A stretch of 22,720 nucleotides of DNA from a virus (IMGVR_UViG_3300035034_001226:1-22720), one strand, 5' to 3'; counted from the stretch's first letter, positions 1 through 8,568 are shown. The notes: generated by a model not told the origin, from the sequence alone. Program-made: numbers and translations.

Positions 1-900
1 ATAAAATCCAATATCAACAACGTCACTCGTATTATTATTGCTGGCTAAAGCTATAAGAGGGTCTTCAACACTCAATGTTTCAGTGTTTACAGTTGTCGAT
101 GTGCCGTTTACAGTCAGGTCACCAGTTATGATGACATTATTATTGAATGTTTTATTGCCACCAAATGTTTGAGTGGTGTTAGTAACAATACCAGCTAATG
201 AAGTGGTTGCAGCATTAATAGTACCATCCGTACCATCCGATGATAGAATATCCACTGTGGTGGCATTATGAGTTGTGGTAATATTAGTTGTAACATTAAC
301 GTTGGCACCATCAGTAATATTTAACATTGTTAAAACTTGAGCTTTAGTTAACTCAGCAACAATACTTCCAGCACCGGAAACGTTACCTAATATTCTTTGA
401 TCGGCAACAACATTTTGTATTTTAGCGTAAGTGATTGCATCGGGAGATATTGTAGTTGTGAATGAACCCACACCTGTACCAGTTACATCACCGGTAAGAG
501 TGATGGTCTGTATCGTTTCAATAGATGCATACCAATCATTTGTCCCATTTTTATATAATGTTATTATATCATTTTGTTTAAGAGTGCTTACAGTGCCATC
601 TATAATTACAGCACCGGTTTCACCAACTATAGAAAGTGTACCTGCACCACCCTGTATATTGGTTAATATTGTACCTACAGGGAATGCAAAAGTTGCATCC
701 AGTGGAATTGTTAATGTTGTGGTTGTGCCTTGAGAATGTTCAATTAGATTATAATTTTCATCACCATCGGCAAATGTATATGACGTTGATAGTGGGCGAC
801 GAACACCACCATTCAGACGAACGATTTTACCGGCTATTGTAACCGGGTCACCGTTTTCATTTGTTATATTGTCATTTCTATGATCTACATTAACGCCCAT
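1..900 (-). CDS. Tail/fibre-like structural protein, partial (3' end beyond window)
   Basis: Not in the ORF track. ATG at 900 with GAGG upstream; frame open to base 1 (MGVNVDHRNDNITNENGDPV...FPVGT...TGDVTGTG...QTFGGNKTF...GDLTVNGTSTTVNTETLSVEDPLIAL...DIGFY). These Thr/Gly-rich motifs are typical of phage fibre and virion proteins. Confidence 0.8.
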   Translation of the reverse strand, partial: MGVNVDHRNDNITNENGDPVTIAGKIVRLNGGVRRPLSTSYTFADGDENYNLIEHSQGTTTTLTIPLDATFAFPVGTILTNIQGGAGTLSIVGETGAVIIDGTVSTLKQNDIITLYKNGTNDWYASIETIQTITLTGDVTGTGVGSFTTTISPDAITYAKIQNVVADQRILGNVSGAGSIVAELTKAQVLTMLNITDGANVNVTTNITTTHNATTVDILSSDGTDGTINAATTSLAGIVTNTTQTFGGNKTFNNNVIITGDLTVNGTSTTVNTETLSVEDPLIALASNNNTSDVVDIGFY

Positions 901-921
901 TGTTTAACCTCATATATATGG

Positions 922-929
922 TATTTATT
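922..929 (-). promoter_or_regulatory. Near-consensus T4-type late promoter (AATAAATA)
   Basis: 7/8 match to TATAAATA in the short intergenic gap about 21 nt upstream of the ATG at 900. Confidence 0.45.
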
Positions 930-939
930 CATATGGCGA

Positions 940-2142
940 TTAGAACGCCACTTCAGTATACTCGACCGTTGCAGACCATTTAGTACTATTGGCGGTGGCT
1001 GGTAATACTGTGATGATTAGTGCTTCATTAGTGTCATCAGCGGCCACATCTGCATCAAATGCGGAATTATCTTCAGCAAGAATATCCTTAACTTCAGTAT
1101 CTACCATTACCGTACTATTCGCACCATCACGTTTAATAAGCCCACGAAATTGGTACGCACAACAATCACCAGTAGTATTATCACGACCTACAACCATAAC
1201 ATTATATGTCACTGCTGAACTGGCAGCTATTGTTAATCGTGTAGTTGCCACACCACCAATAAAAATTTCAGTGGATGATATAGCTGTAGTTGTTCCACTA
1301 TACATTGTCCCAGATGTAGATAATTCCGCAATTGCCTGTGCAATTCTTAACGGTGAAAATCGCCTTTCAGTGGCTTCCGTTCCAGTTTCTGCTTCCACTT
1401 GAGATGCAAATGCTACTTCGTTTTGATATGCTGTAGCAATTTCAGCATCGGTTTGATCCGCCGTTGATCCATCTTCCACATTAATTATTGTTCGTACTTG
1501 TGCTGCTGATAGTTCTTCTGAGTTACCAGTACCACCCGTGGCACGACCAAGAATGGTTGATGTTGCCACATTACTTACAAAATCTACAACATGTGAAAGG
1601 TCACTAATTTGACTTTCTGTTATTGTTAAAGCCGCTTGATGTTGAGTTACCGAAGTTTGACTTATTCTACCATCTGCAAAAGTTCCAGATAATATGTCAG
1701 CTGCTACTAATGTTACTGCCCCAGTTTTACCAGCCACCGATAAAACTTGGTCAGTATAGTCGGCCTTAATCCAATTAGATGCAAATGTAGTAGTGGATGC
1801 ATTATCAAGAATGGATATAATTCTATCATTTACATTGAATACTACACCATCAACTGTCCCACCCGTAGATATAATATATGAATCACCTGCTTGTGCAGTG
1901 CCGCCACCCGGAAACGTGCCAGCTGAAGCATCCCATGATCCTCGTAACACAACCGCTTGATCAAGGCTATTAATCCTTGATTCCATTGTATCAAGGTCCA
2001 CCGCTTGGGTTACCGTAATAAAGTCAACTTTAGCTTTATCGGCATCAACATAGGCATTATTTGTCGCAAACCCACCTAATAGTGGTACACCACCCGTATT
2101 ATCGGATATGTCGTTATTAATGTGTGTAAATCGTAAAGCCAT
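940..2142 (-). CDS. Virion fibre/structural protein
   Basis: Track ORF 940..2157. ATG at 2142 (MALRF) is preferred because GGGGA lies just upstream. Contains fibre-type motifs (GSWDAS, VLSVAGKTGAVTL, ASQVEAETGT...SPLRI); C-terminal domain is paralogous to that of 2202..3173. Confidence 0.75.
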   Translation of the reverse strand: MALRFTHINNDISDNTGGVPLLGGFATNNAYVDADKAKVDFITVTQAVDLDTMESRINSLDQAVVLRGSWDASAGTFPGGGTAQAGDSYIISTGGTVDGVVFNVNDRIISILDNASTTTFASNWIKADYTDQVLSVAGKTGAVTLVAADILSGTFADGRISQTSVTQHQAALTITESQISDLSHVVDFVSNVATSTILGRATGGTGNSEELSAAQVRTIINVEDGSTADQTDAEIATAYQNEVAFASQVEAETGTEATERRFSPLRIAQAIAELSTSGTMYSGTTTAISSTEIFIGGVATTRLTIAASSAVTYNVMVVGRDNTTGDCCAYQFRGLIKRDGANSTVMVDTEVKDILAEDNSAFDADVAADDTNEALIITVLPATANSTKWSATVEYTEVAF

Positions 2143-2174
2143 AGTGGTAATCCCCAATTAGTATGTTATGATAA

Positions 2175-2186
2175 TATTTATAAATA
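2175..2186. promoter_or_regulatory. T4-type late promoter within palindrome TATTTATAAATA
   Basis: Perfect TATAAATA on - (2175-2182), intergenic and about 32 nt upstream of ATG 2142; also perfect on + (2179-2186). Confidence 0.7.
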
Positions 2187-2201
2187 CACCCAGTTTTTTT
2201 A

Positions 2202-3173
2202 CTAAAAAGCTATTTCTTCATAAACCACGTTGGCAACCCATTTGGTTAAATTTGTGGTTGGGGCTGTTACATTTATGGTCAATGCTTCATTTATATCATC
2301 AGCAGTCACAGTTACCAAAAATAATCCACCTTCATTAACTAAGATGGAATCAACTAATGGTGCGGGAAATGTAGTATTGTTTGTAGCATCTCTCTTAATT
2401 GCACCCTCAAATATGAAGTGACATGTATTATATGTTACCGTATCATATCCCGACACTTTAGCTTTGAATGTAACCAATGAATTTGTTTTAATGTCGAATC
2501 GTTCATTTGATTCACCTGCCGCAAATATCTCAGTTGGCCCGGTTGTGGTAGTATTGGCAACAAACCCCACTTCACCACGAAAAAATTCATTAGCTGGGTC
2601 AGAATTAATATTATTGGATATTTCACCCACTCTACTAGATTGGCCATTAGCCCCCAAAACAATTGAATGGTCATGATCAACATCAGCATTGTATCCAATT
2701 GCAACATTATTATCACCCGTAGATGATGCCCCAGTACCATAAACAGTAGATGAGCTAGGAGCTACTGGTGTTGGGGTTATTGTAGGGGTTATTGTAGGGG
2801 TTACCGTTGGCGTTGCTGTCACGCTTGATGTTGGGGTTGGGGTTGGTGAAGTACCCGTAGATGGTGTGACAGACGGTGTGACAGACTGTGTAACAGATGG
2901 TATTGGTGTTGGGGTAACTGTTGGAGTTCCAGTTGGTGTGATAAAACTTTGTGCTGCCTCTAATGCCGATTCCACATTTGAATACACATCCGATGCAGGA
3001 ACATTAACTGTTCCTTCACCACTATCATTTAATTTTATTAAATATTTTGCCCTTGTAGTTTCCACAGTTATATCGAATTCAAAAACTAGAACAGTTCCCG
3101 CTTCTACACGGGAACCATCAATTACGACATAAATATCGTCACCGGGACTAAATTCATATGCTAAACTTGGCAT
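2202..3173 (-). CDS. Virion protein: N-terminal small domain, Thr/Pro linker, YadA-head-like repeats, C-terminal beta-rich domain
   Basis: 323-aa ORF with a TPT/TPS linker of about 60 aa, then NNVAIGYNA..DHSIVLGANG (Hep/Hag-like), then a C-terminal domain shared with 940..2142. Confidence 0.7.
   Translation of the reverse strand: MPSLAYEFSPGDDIYVVIDGSRVEAGTVLVFEFDITVETTRAKYLIKLNDSGEGTVNVPASDVYSNVESALEAAQSFITPTGTPTVTPTPIPSVTQSVTPSVTPSTGTSPTPTPTSSVTATPTVTPTITPTITPTPVAPSSSTVYGTGASSTGDNNVAIGYNADVDHDHSIVLGANGQSSRVGEISNNINSDPANEFFRGEVGFVANTTTTGPTEIFAAGESNERFDIKTNSLVTFKAKVSGYDTVTYNTCHFIFEGAIKRDATNNTTFPAPLVDSILVNEGGLFLVTVTADDINEALTINVTAPTTNLTKWVANVVYEEIAF
2762..2940 (-). repeat. Coding low-complexity Thr/Pro repeat with 12-bp tandem units
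   Basis: GGGGTTATTGTA x2 plus a partial copy (2773-2803); GGTGTGACAGAC x2 plus a degenerate copy (2863-2898). Encodes TPTI/TPSV tetrapeptides. Confidence 0.85.
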
Positions 3174-3181
3174 AACTTATA

Positions 3182-5479
3182 TTATTCTGAACCCTTATAA
3201 AGATACTTCACAACTTGCGCTGGAATCATATCCCACATAGGACTCATTAATGTATTAAAGAACATCTGAGCTTCAACAAATCCTTCCATGTCACCACGTT
3301 TTAGGTTAGTCTTAATTTGCTCTAATGCATCTACAACATTACCCTTGATACTTTTATCATCATATCCTTTATTGTCATATCGATCAATAGCAGAATTAAG
3401 TTCCTTAATTCTTTTATCAATAGCCGACATAACATCAGATGGTGTTTTTACTTTAGTATCATTGCGAATGTCTTTACCTGTTCGTTCATCACTCTGGGCT
3501 TTATCATCAATTGCATCAAATGGCATATCAGCAGTAAATACAGTAGCATCGTCTGCCTTAGCTTCACCTAGTGACTTTTTATCATCTAATGCTTTCTTTA
3601 TAGCTACTTGTGCTGCTCTACTAGTATCCCATACTTTCTTATCATGTGAATATGCCTTTAATTTCTGCTTAAGTCTACTATTCTTTTCAGGTTCTATCAT
3701 CTTAGAATATATTCCATCTTCATCTGGGCCTTCAATCTTATCAGATTCATCAAGGGCTTCTTTCTTACCCTGCTGACGTTCTTTAGAATTCATAGCCTTC
3801 TTATTCTTATTATTCTCTGCCTGTGAAAGTGATGGAGTGATTTTAGTATCTCTTGAACGACCTTTAGCAGCCTCATCTACGTCAACTTCTTCAGTTTTCT
3901 TCTTTTGACTACGCTTGTGTAATTCAGTAGATGCATCATTTACTTGATCTAAATACTTAGCTTCAGCTTTATCATCCATACCCTTCATAGCCTTAGCAGC
4001 TTCACTGGCATCTTTCTGAATATACTTTAGCTCATCATCTGTCTTTTTACTATAGTCATTACCTTCTTCAACCAATTGACCTTCTAGTTTATCAATCTGT
4101 TCCTGAATATCACGGCGCTTTTCAGTTGAACCTGTCATTACTTTCTTCTTAGTTAATGCCTTTATTTCTTCCTTAATACTCTCATCGGTCTTCCAATGTG
4201 ATCCTGCACTAGACTCAACTTCACCTGATGCACCATCCCATTCACCGATTCCAGCCTTCTTACCTTCATCATTAACAAGCCATGCTTGTGCAATATCCTT
4301 ATCACCTTCGATACTGATTTTTCCTTGACCACCAAACTTCTTCTTAAGTGCTGCTTTCCATCCAGCATATGTTTGAATATTACCTTCTTCTATAGTAGAT
4401 TCTGTAATTTTAGATACACTAGAAGCCTTAACCATATCAACCTTACCGTCAACTTTGTCAGATATACCAATCATGTTTGCTTTAGCGTCTGGCACAACTA
4501 CTACCATTTCTTTACCATCACATTTTACTTTATCACCTTTAGAAAATTTACCATCAGTGTCAAATATTTTCTTCTGATCATCCTTAGATTCACCTAATTC
4601 TGCTGCTTTCCGAGGGTCAATTGATCCGTCACCACCTTTCATATAATCATATACTTTAGATTGTTCTACTGGATTTAGACGATCAATATATCGCTGAATA
4701 TCATCAGACTGTTCTGGTGTAATATCATCACCATAGTACTTAAGTACACTAATAATTGATGATGCATCATGCCCATCATCAGATTCACCATCTTCCATAG
4801 GCATGCCATCTGACATATCAGATTGTTCTGGCTTATCATTTAAATCATCATCTTTAGCTGCTAGATAATCTGATACCATATCCAGATAGTCAGATGCTTT
4901 AGTTATTTTAGAACTAACCCATGCTGGAAAGTCTGCATCATCTATACCCATATCTACAAGACGATCAATATTTGCTTTCATTGTAGATAACTGTGATGTA
5001 GCCATATCACCATCAGGATGATTGTCACCTTTATCAAAATCTAAAGGTGAAGTTTCACCTTCTTTATCAGTAACCGAAAAGTCATCATATCCATTATCAC
5101 GAAGAGTAGAAGTAACTGGCATCATAGCCATCATACTTTCAAGACGTAAGTTAATTGTTTCATCACCCTTCTTAGCATGTAGAATGTACTCATGTTCATA
5201 CTTAGTATCATCATATAGATCATGTACTTCAGATTCGGATAATACTTCTTTTGATCTAGCATCAATGAATTTACGAGTCTTCTCATTAAAAAGAACTACT
5301 CGTGTATTTTCCATAATAAATGGGCCTTCTAGTCCACTTTGATTAACATTATGATTATCCTTCTCCATATCATAATAGTTTTCATAGAGATTATCTATAA
5401 CCTCATCTATTTTTACCATACCTGATAATTGAAGTACTCTACGTATTTCATTTTTATTAACCTTACTTTTGATATCCAT
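3182..5479 (-). CDS. Large charged multi-module protein, probable internal head protein
   Basis: Track ORF 3182..5491. ATG at 5479 has GAGGA 6 nt upstream. D/E/K-rich, with many (I/L/V)-x-E motifs between short helical modules. Confidence 0.6.
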   Translation of the reverse strand: MDIKSKVNKNEIRRVLQLSGMVKIDEVIDNLYENYYDMEKDNHNVNQSGLEGPFIMENTRVVLFNEKTRKFIDARSKEVLSESEVHDLYDDTKYEHEYILHAKKGDETINLRLESMMAMMPVTSTLRDNGYDDFSVTDKEGETSPLDFDKGDNHPDGDMATSQLSTMKANIDRLVDMGIDDADFPAWVSSKITKASDYLDMVSDYLAAKDDDLNDKPEQSDMSDGMPMEDGESDDGHDASSIISVLKYYGDDITPEQSDDIQRYIDRLNPVEQSKVYDYMKGGDGSIDPRKAAELGESKDDQKKIFDTDGKFSKGDKVKCDGKEMVVVVPDAKANMIGISDKVDGKVDMVKASSVSKITESTIEEGNIQTYAGWKAALKKKFGGQGKISIEGDKDIAQAWLVNDEGKKAGIGEWDGASGEVESSAGSHWKTDESIKEEIKALTKKKVMTGSTEKRRDIQEQIDKLEGQLVEEGNDYSKKTDDELKYIQKDASEAAKAMKGMDDKAEAKYLDQVNDASTELHKRSQKKKTEEVDVDEAAKGRSRDTKITPSLSQAENNKNKKAMNSKERQQGKKEALDESDKIEGPDEDGIYSKMIEPEKNSRLKQKLKAYSHDKKVWDTSRAAQVAIKKALDDKKSLGEAKADDATVFTADMPFDAIDDKAQSDERTGKDIRNDTKVKTPSDVMSAIDKRIKELNSAIDRYDNKGYDDKSIKGNVVDALEQIKTNLKRGDMEGFVEAQMFFNTLMSPMWDMIPAQVVKYLYKGSE

Positions 5480-5500
5480 GTTATTCCTCATGCCTTTTTA

Positions 5501-5836
5501 TTATTTATTAGATGTACGCCATGAACCTTCTAATCCACGAGCGTTATACAATTCTGCTACAGAATGTGATATTAAATTGTTATACTGTGCCCATCTTGAT
5601 TTCAAAATAGGGGTTGGTTTTGGTACTTTTAGTGATGCGAAACTATTATCAAGTAAATCTAATGCACTTTCCCAATCTTTGTCTAAGTCCTTTGCACCGT
5701 TATTGATTTCTCTTTTAAGTGCGGCTATAGTATCGTTTGGGAACGGTGCTTCAGGATCGGTTTCCTTAAAAACTTTACGTTTCTCATTTTCTTTCTTATT
5801 TTCAGTTATTCCCATTATTTCGAATAATGTTCTCAT
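5501..5836 (-). CDS. Hypothetical protein, possible head-internal protein
   Basis: 111-aa ORF packed in the operon. N-terminus MRTLFEIMGITE resembles the cleaved pro-peptides of T4-like head proteins. Confidence 0.6.
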   Translation of the reverse strand: MRTLFEIMGITENKKENEKRKVFKETDPEAPFPNDTIAALKREINNGAKDLDKDWESALDLLDNSFASLKVPKPTPILKSRWAQYNNLISHSVAELYNARGLEGSWRTSNK

Positions 5837-5838
5837 TA

Positions 5839-6366
5839 TTAACTTCCATCGTCTATATCATAGACTCTATTCTTCAAATTCTCGAAATCCCCCTCTATTA
5901 CAGTAAAGGTTCTTTTGATTTCTACTTCTCTAATCTTTTCTTCATATGTCATTTCAGAAACAACTACACTAGGTGTTGGTTCTTCTAGAAGTTCGGCAGG
6001 TGTTTCCGAATTTGGTGGTCTGGGTGCTCCCAAAGGACCAACATCATTCTCTTCCTTAAAATCAACAATACGCTGCTGATCTTCTTTTGATATATCTCTA
6101 TATTTATCAATAACCTGTTCTCTTAGCTTATTACAGTCACGTAGTTGCAATATTGCTATACGATATGCTTTAGCTACTTCACCATCAACCTTAGCCTTTT
6201 CGCTATCTAAGACCTCTACGGCGTCTTCAGGGCAGTTTGTATCTGGTGGCATAGGTACGTTAGATATAGGTGTTAGTACGTCCTTATATACGTACTCTGT
6301 GCTTCCTTCCGGGCTTTTACATGATGTCATTAATAGAATTACTGAGATTATAACAAATATTTTCAT
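5839..6366 (-). CDS. rz1: Outer-membrane lipoprotein spanin (o-spanin, Rz1-like)
   Basis: Signal peptide with lipobox (MKIFVIISVILLMTS-C), Pro-rich segment PISNVPMPPDTNCP followed by a helix; ATGA overlap with the upstream i-spanin-like gene. Confidence 0.7.
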   Translation of the reverse strand: MKIFVIISVILLMTSCKSPEGSTEYVYKDVLTPISNVPMPPDTNCPEDAVEVLDSEKAKVDGEVAKAYRIAILQLRDCNKLREQVIDKYRDISKEDQQRIVDFKEENDVGPLGAPRPPNSETPAELLEEPTPSVVVSEMTYEEKIREVEIKRTFTVIEGDFENLKNRVYDIDDGS

Positions 6367-6770
6367 TTACCTATCCCCTTTCTTAGGAAATCCATTGCCT
6401 GTTTACAATTTTCAGGTGTGGGTTGGCTTTCAATTTCTGATACTTTAAGCTTGGTAACCTCTCTAAACATAGTGATGTTATCACTTAATAGTGATATAAT
6501 TTCACTTCTACTATCAGAATCATCTTTTAGATCAGCAATGCGTTCATTAGTCACGTCAATTTTAGAATTACATGCTAATACTTTACCTCTTTCCTTTTCA
6601 ATTAGAATTTCAAGTCTGCCAATTTCATTAGATTTTGTCTTAACATCATTTTCTAGACCATATATCTCAATCTTAAGAGCACCAACATATAAGGCAGCAA
6701 CTAGCGCAATTGCACCACCCGCCCAGAATTTTAATGGCACTGCCTTTAATACTGCAAATAGTGGTATCAT
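6363..6770 (-). CDS. rz: Inner-membrane spanin (i-spanin, Rz-like)
   Basis: Single N-terminal TM segment (WAGGAIALVAALYVGAL), long coiled coil, Cys near the C-terminus (PENC); directly upstream of the lipoprotein gene. Confidence 0.7.
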   Translation of the reverse strand: MIPLFAVLKAVPLKFWAGGAIALVAALYVGALKIEIYGLENDVKTKSNEIGRLEILIEKERGKVLACNSKIDVTNERIADLKDDSDSRSEIISLLSDNITMFREVTKLKVSEIESQPTPENCKQAMDFLRKGIGK

Positions 6771-7009
6771 CGTAAATTCCTAAAGCTTGCTTTAATATTA
6801 TTAACTTCTCTTTTAAGAGAATCTATTGAAACCTTAGCAGTTTTTAACTGTTTTTGTAATAGCCTATTATCTCTATACAAAACATCCAAAACATTTTTAT
6901 GCTTCTTAAGTTGCTTTTCATAATCATCAAGAACTCCCTTTTGATGAAGTTCTTGATCTTTAAGTTGCTTTTTTAGCCATTCGAGTTCTTTTTTAACATC
7001 AGGTTCCAT
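6767..7009 (-). CDS. Small coiled-coil protein
   Basis: 80-aa heptad-rich ORF; ATGA overlap with the i-spanin gene. Confidence 0.7.
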   Translation of the reverse strand: MEPDVKKELEWLKKQLKDQELHQKGVLDDYEKQLKKHKNVLDVLYRDNRLLQKQLKTAKVSIDSLKREVNNIKASFRNLR

Positions 7010-7584
7010 GCCTTATTTATCCTTTTATAAGTGGTAAGTGCGTTTCTTGCTAACTCATTTGACTTTTTACCCTTTTTAATTCCTAACTTAGATAATACAG
7101 AATCTTGATCAAATTTATTAATTGTGCCCATTGATAATGAAAATGTGTCAAAATTTCGAATTCCAAATCTAATACCCGATAATTCATATCGCTTAAATAA
7201 ATCCCTAAGAAATGGAAGGTGTAGGGTGGTGATATTATTACCCATGCAATACAATGGTTTTTTAATATCCATATTATTCATTATGAATTCCATTACATCA
7301 ACCAATGCATCTTCTTCAATTTCACCATGTTCCTCTAAGTATTCCTTAGATAGACCATGAATTTTTTCAGCACCAGCATCCCATTTAGATACACCATTCC
7401 ATTTGATTTCAACATACATCTCATCAATGACTTCATATGTTTCAACATCTGCAACAATTAAAGCAATAGATACGGGTTGGTAACCTTCTGCAATACTAAA
7501 ATCATTTTCACTGTAGGTAGATTTTCCATTAATACCACTAGTGTGACAGTGTACTACTAGTACTTTATTTAATTCAATTCCCAT
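6973..7584 (-). CDS. DnaQ/DEDD-fold exonuclease homolog with non-canonical (His) active site
   Basis: DnaQ-like pattern: VLVVHCHTSG (ExoI, normally DxETTG), SIALIV, AEKIHGLSKEYLEEHG, GNN..LHLPFL (ExoII, normally GHN..FD..FL), FDT. Confidence 0.75.
   Translation of the reverse strand: MGIELNKVLVVHCHTSGINGKSTYSENDFSIAEGYQPVSIALIVADVETYEVIDEMYVEIKWNGVSKWDAGAEKIHGLSKEYLEEHGEIEEDALVDVMEFIMNNMDIKKPLYCMGNNITTLHLPFLRDLFKRYELSGIRFGIRNFDTFSLSMGTINKFDQDSVLSKLGIKKGKKSNELARNALTTYKRINKAWNLMLKKNSNG
7014..7021 (-). promoter_or_regulatory. Possible late promoter (GATAAATA) for the spanin/head operon
   Basis: 7/8 match located inside the end of the exonuclease gene, 4 nt before ATG 7009, at the switch from DNA-metabolism genes to late genes. 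Confidence 0.35.
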
Positions 7585-8146
7585 TCGTCATAATCTCCGA
7601 TAATTGATCTATTCTTTCTTCTAAGTCTGGCATATCTATTAGTATTACTCCACCATCAGTAAATTCATCAGAGAATCTACGTATAGCAGAATCAACCAAA
7701 ATAGAAAAATCTTGATTGGTTGATCTAACACCATCACCTTCAGGCGTATAAACCCTACCAGACAGATATATTACGCGGTCAAATAATAAATTTTGAGCAC
7801 GTATACACCTTTCCTTATAACCACATAGCCATTCCGAATATTCATTAAATGGTCCAAGAGCAACAAGAGCATATGCATATACATCCGCAAATGTTCGCTC
7901 TACCATATTTTTTTTATTATGATCCAGTGTTGATATGTTCATCATGTGTCCAATAAAAAACTTTTCTTGGAATTCTTTTTTAAGTTCTTTATTCGAATTA
8001 ATGTCATCTAATGTAAAATTTTCAGCCGCCAATACATTACGGGCGGTTTGTATATCAGCCGCTATAAAATCTGGATTTGTATTAGCTACTTCTTTTATAA
8101 GTGTGGATTTCCCCTGACCTTGGGAACCTGATATACCAACTATCAT
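7574..8146 (-). CDS. P-loop NTPase / nucleotide kinase-like protein (AAA_28/dNMP-kinase-like)
   Basis: N-terminal Walker A GSQGQGKST; ERTFADVYAY motif; DGVR lid-like motif. Confidence 0.75.
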   Translation of the reverse strand: MIVGISGSQGQGKSTLIKEVANTNPDFIAADIQTARNVLAAENFTLDDINSNKELKKEFQEKFFIGHMMNISTLDHNKKNMVERTFADVYAYALVALGPFNEYSEWLCGYKERCIRAQNLLFDRVIYLSGRVYTPEGDGVRSTNQDFSILVDSAIRRFSDEFTDGGVILIDMPDLEERIDQLSEIMTNGN

Positions 8147-8568
8147 TTAGATTCACCATTTACAATCTGGAAATCATTCTCATCAATTTCAAATTCATGA
8201 TCGTCTATTTTGAAATCATCATCTGGTGGGGTTAATGGAATATTATTCTCTACCATTATAGATTCTAAGTTTTTAAGACGGTTTACTTCATCTAACCACT
8301 TGGCTCTAGCCTTTTTAAACTTTCTGTTATATAAATCTCTTTTTGCAGAAGTTTTTGCACCTTCCCGTTGTTCATGGTATCGTAATGCTTCAGCACCATA
8401 TTGTGTTGACAAGTTCAGAGTTAAAGTGTATAAATGGCGAAATTGATTAGCTTCGAATGCGGGTACTTCACCTTCTTCTAATGCCTCTTCTATTATTTTA
8501 AGATCATTATAATCTTCTTCAGATTTTGCAATCTCATCATTATTATTATTATTTTCATCATCGGTCAT
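8143..8568 (-). CDS. Hypothetical protein
   Basis: 141-aa ORF with GAGGA SD; first gene after a sigma70-type promoter; ATGA overlap with the kinase gene. Confidence 0.75.
   Translation of the reverse strand: MTDDENNNNNDEIAKSEEDYNDLKIIEEALEEGEVPAFEANQFRHLYTLTLNLSTQYGAEALRYHEQREGAKTSAKRDLYNRKFKKARAKWLDEVNRLKNLESIMVENNIPLTPPDDDFKIDDHEFEIDENDFQIVNGESK

Noticed and set aside
431-842. Plus-strand ORFs 431..733 and 636..842, and the many other short antisense or off-frame ORFs in the track
   Set aside because: They are shadows of longer minus-strand genes with coherent motifs, SD sites and tight packing. Only 9432..9752 and 9828..10265 have plus-strand support.
1-3173. Diversity-generating retroelement or invertible tail-fibre cassette behind the paralogous C-termini
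   Set aside because: Similarity is at protein level only; no near-identical DNA repeats, reverse transcriptase or invertase are seen in the window.
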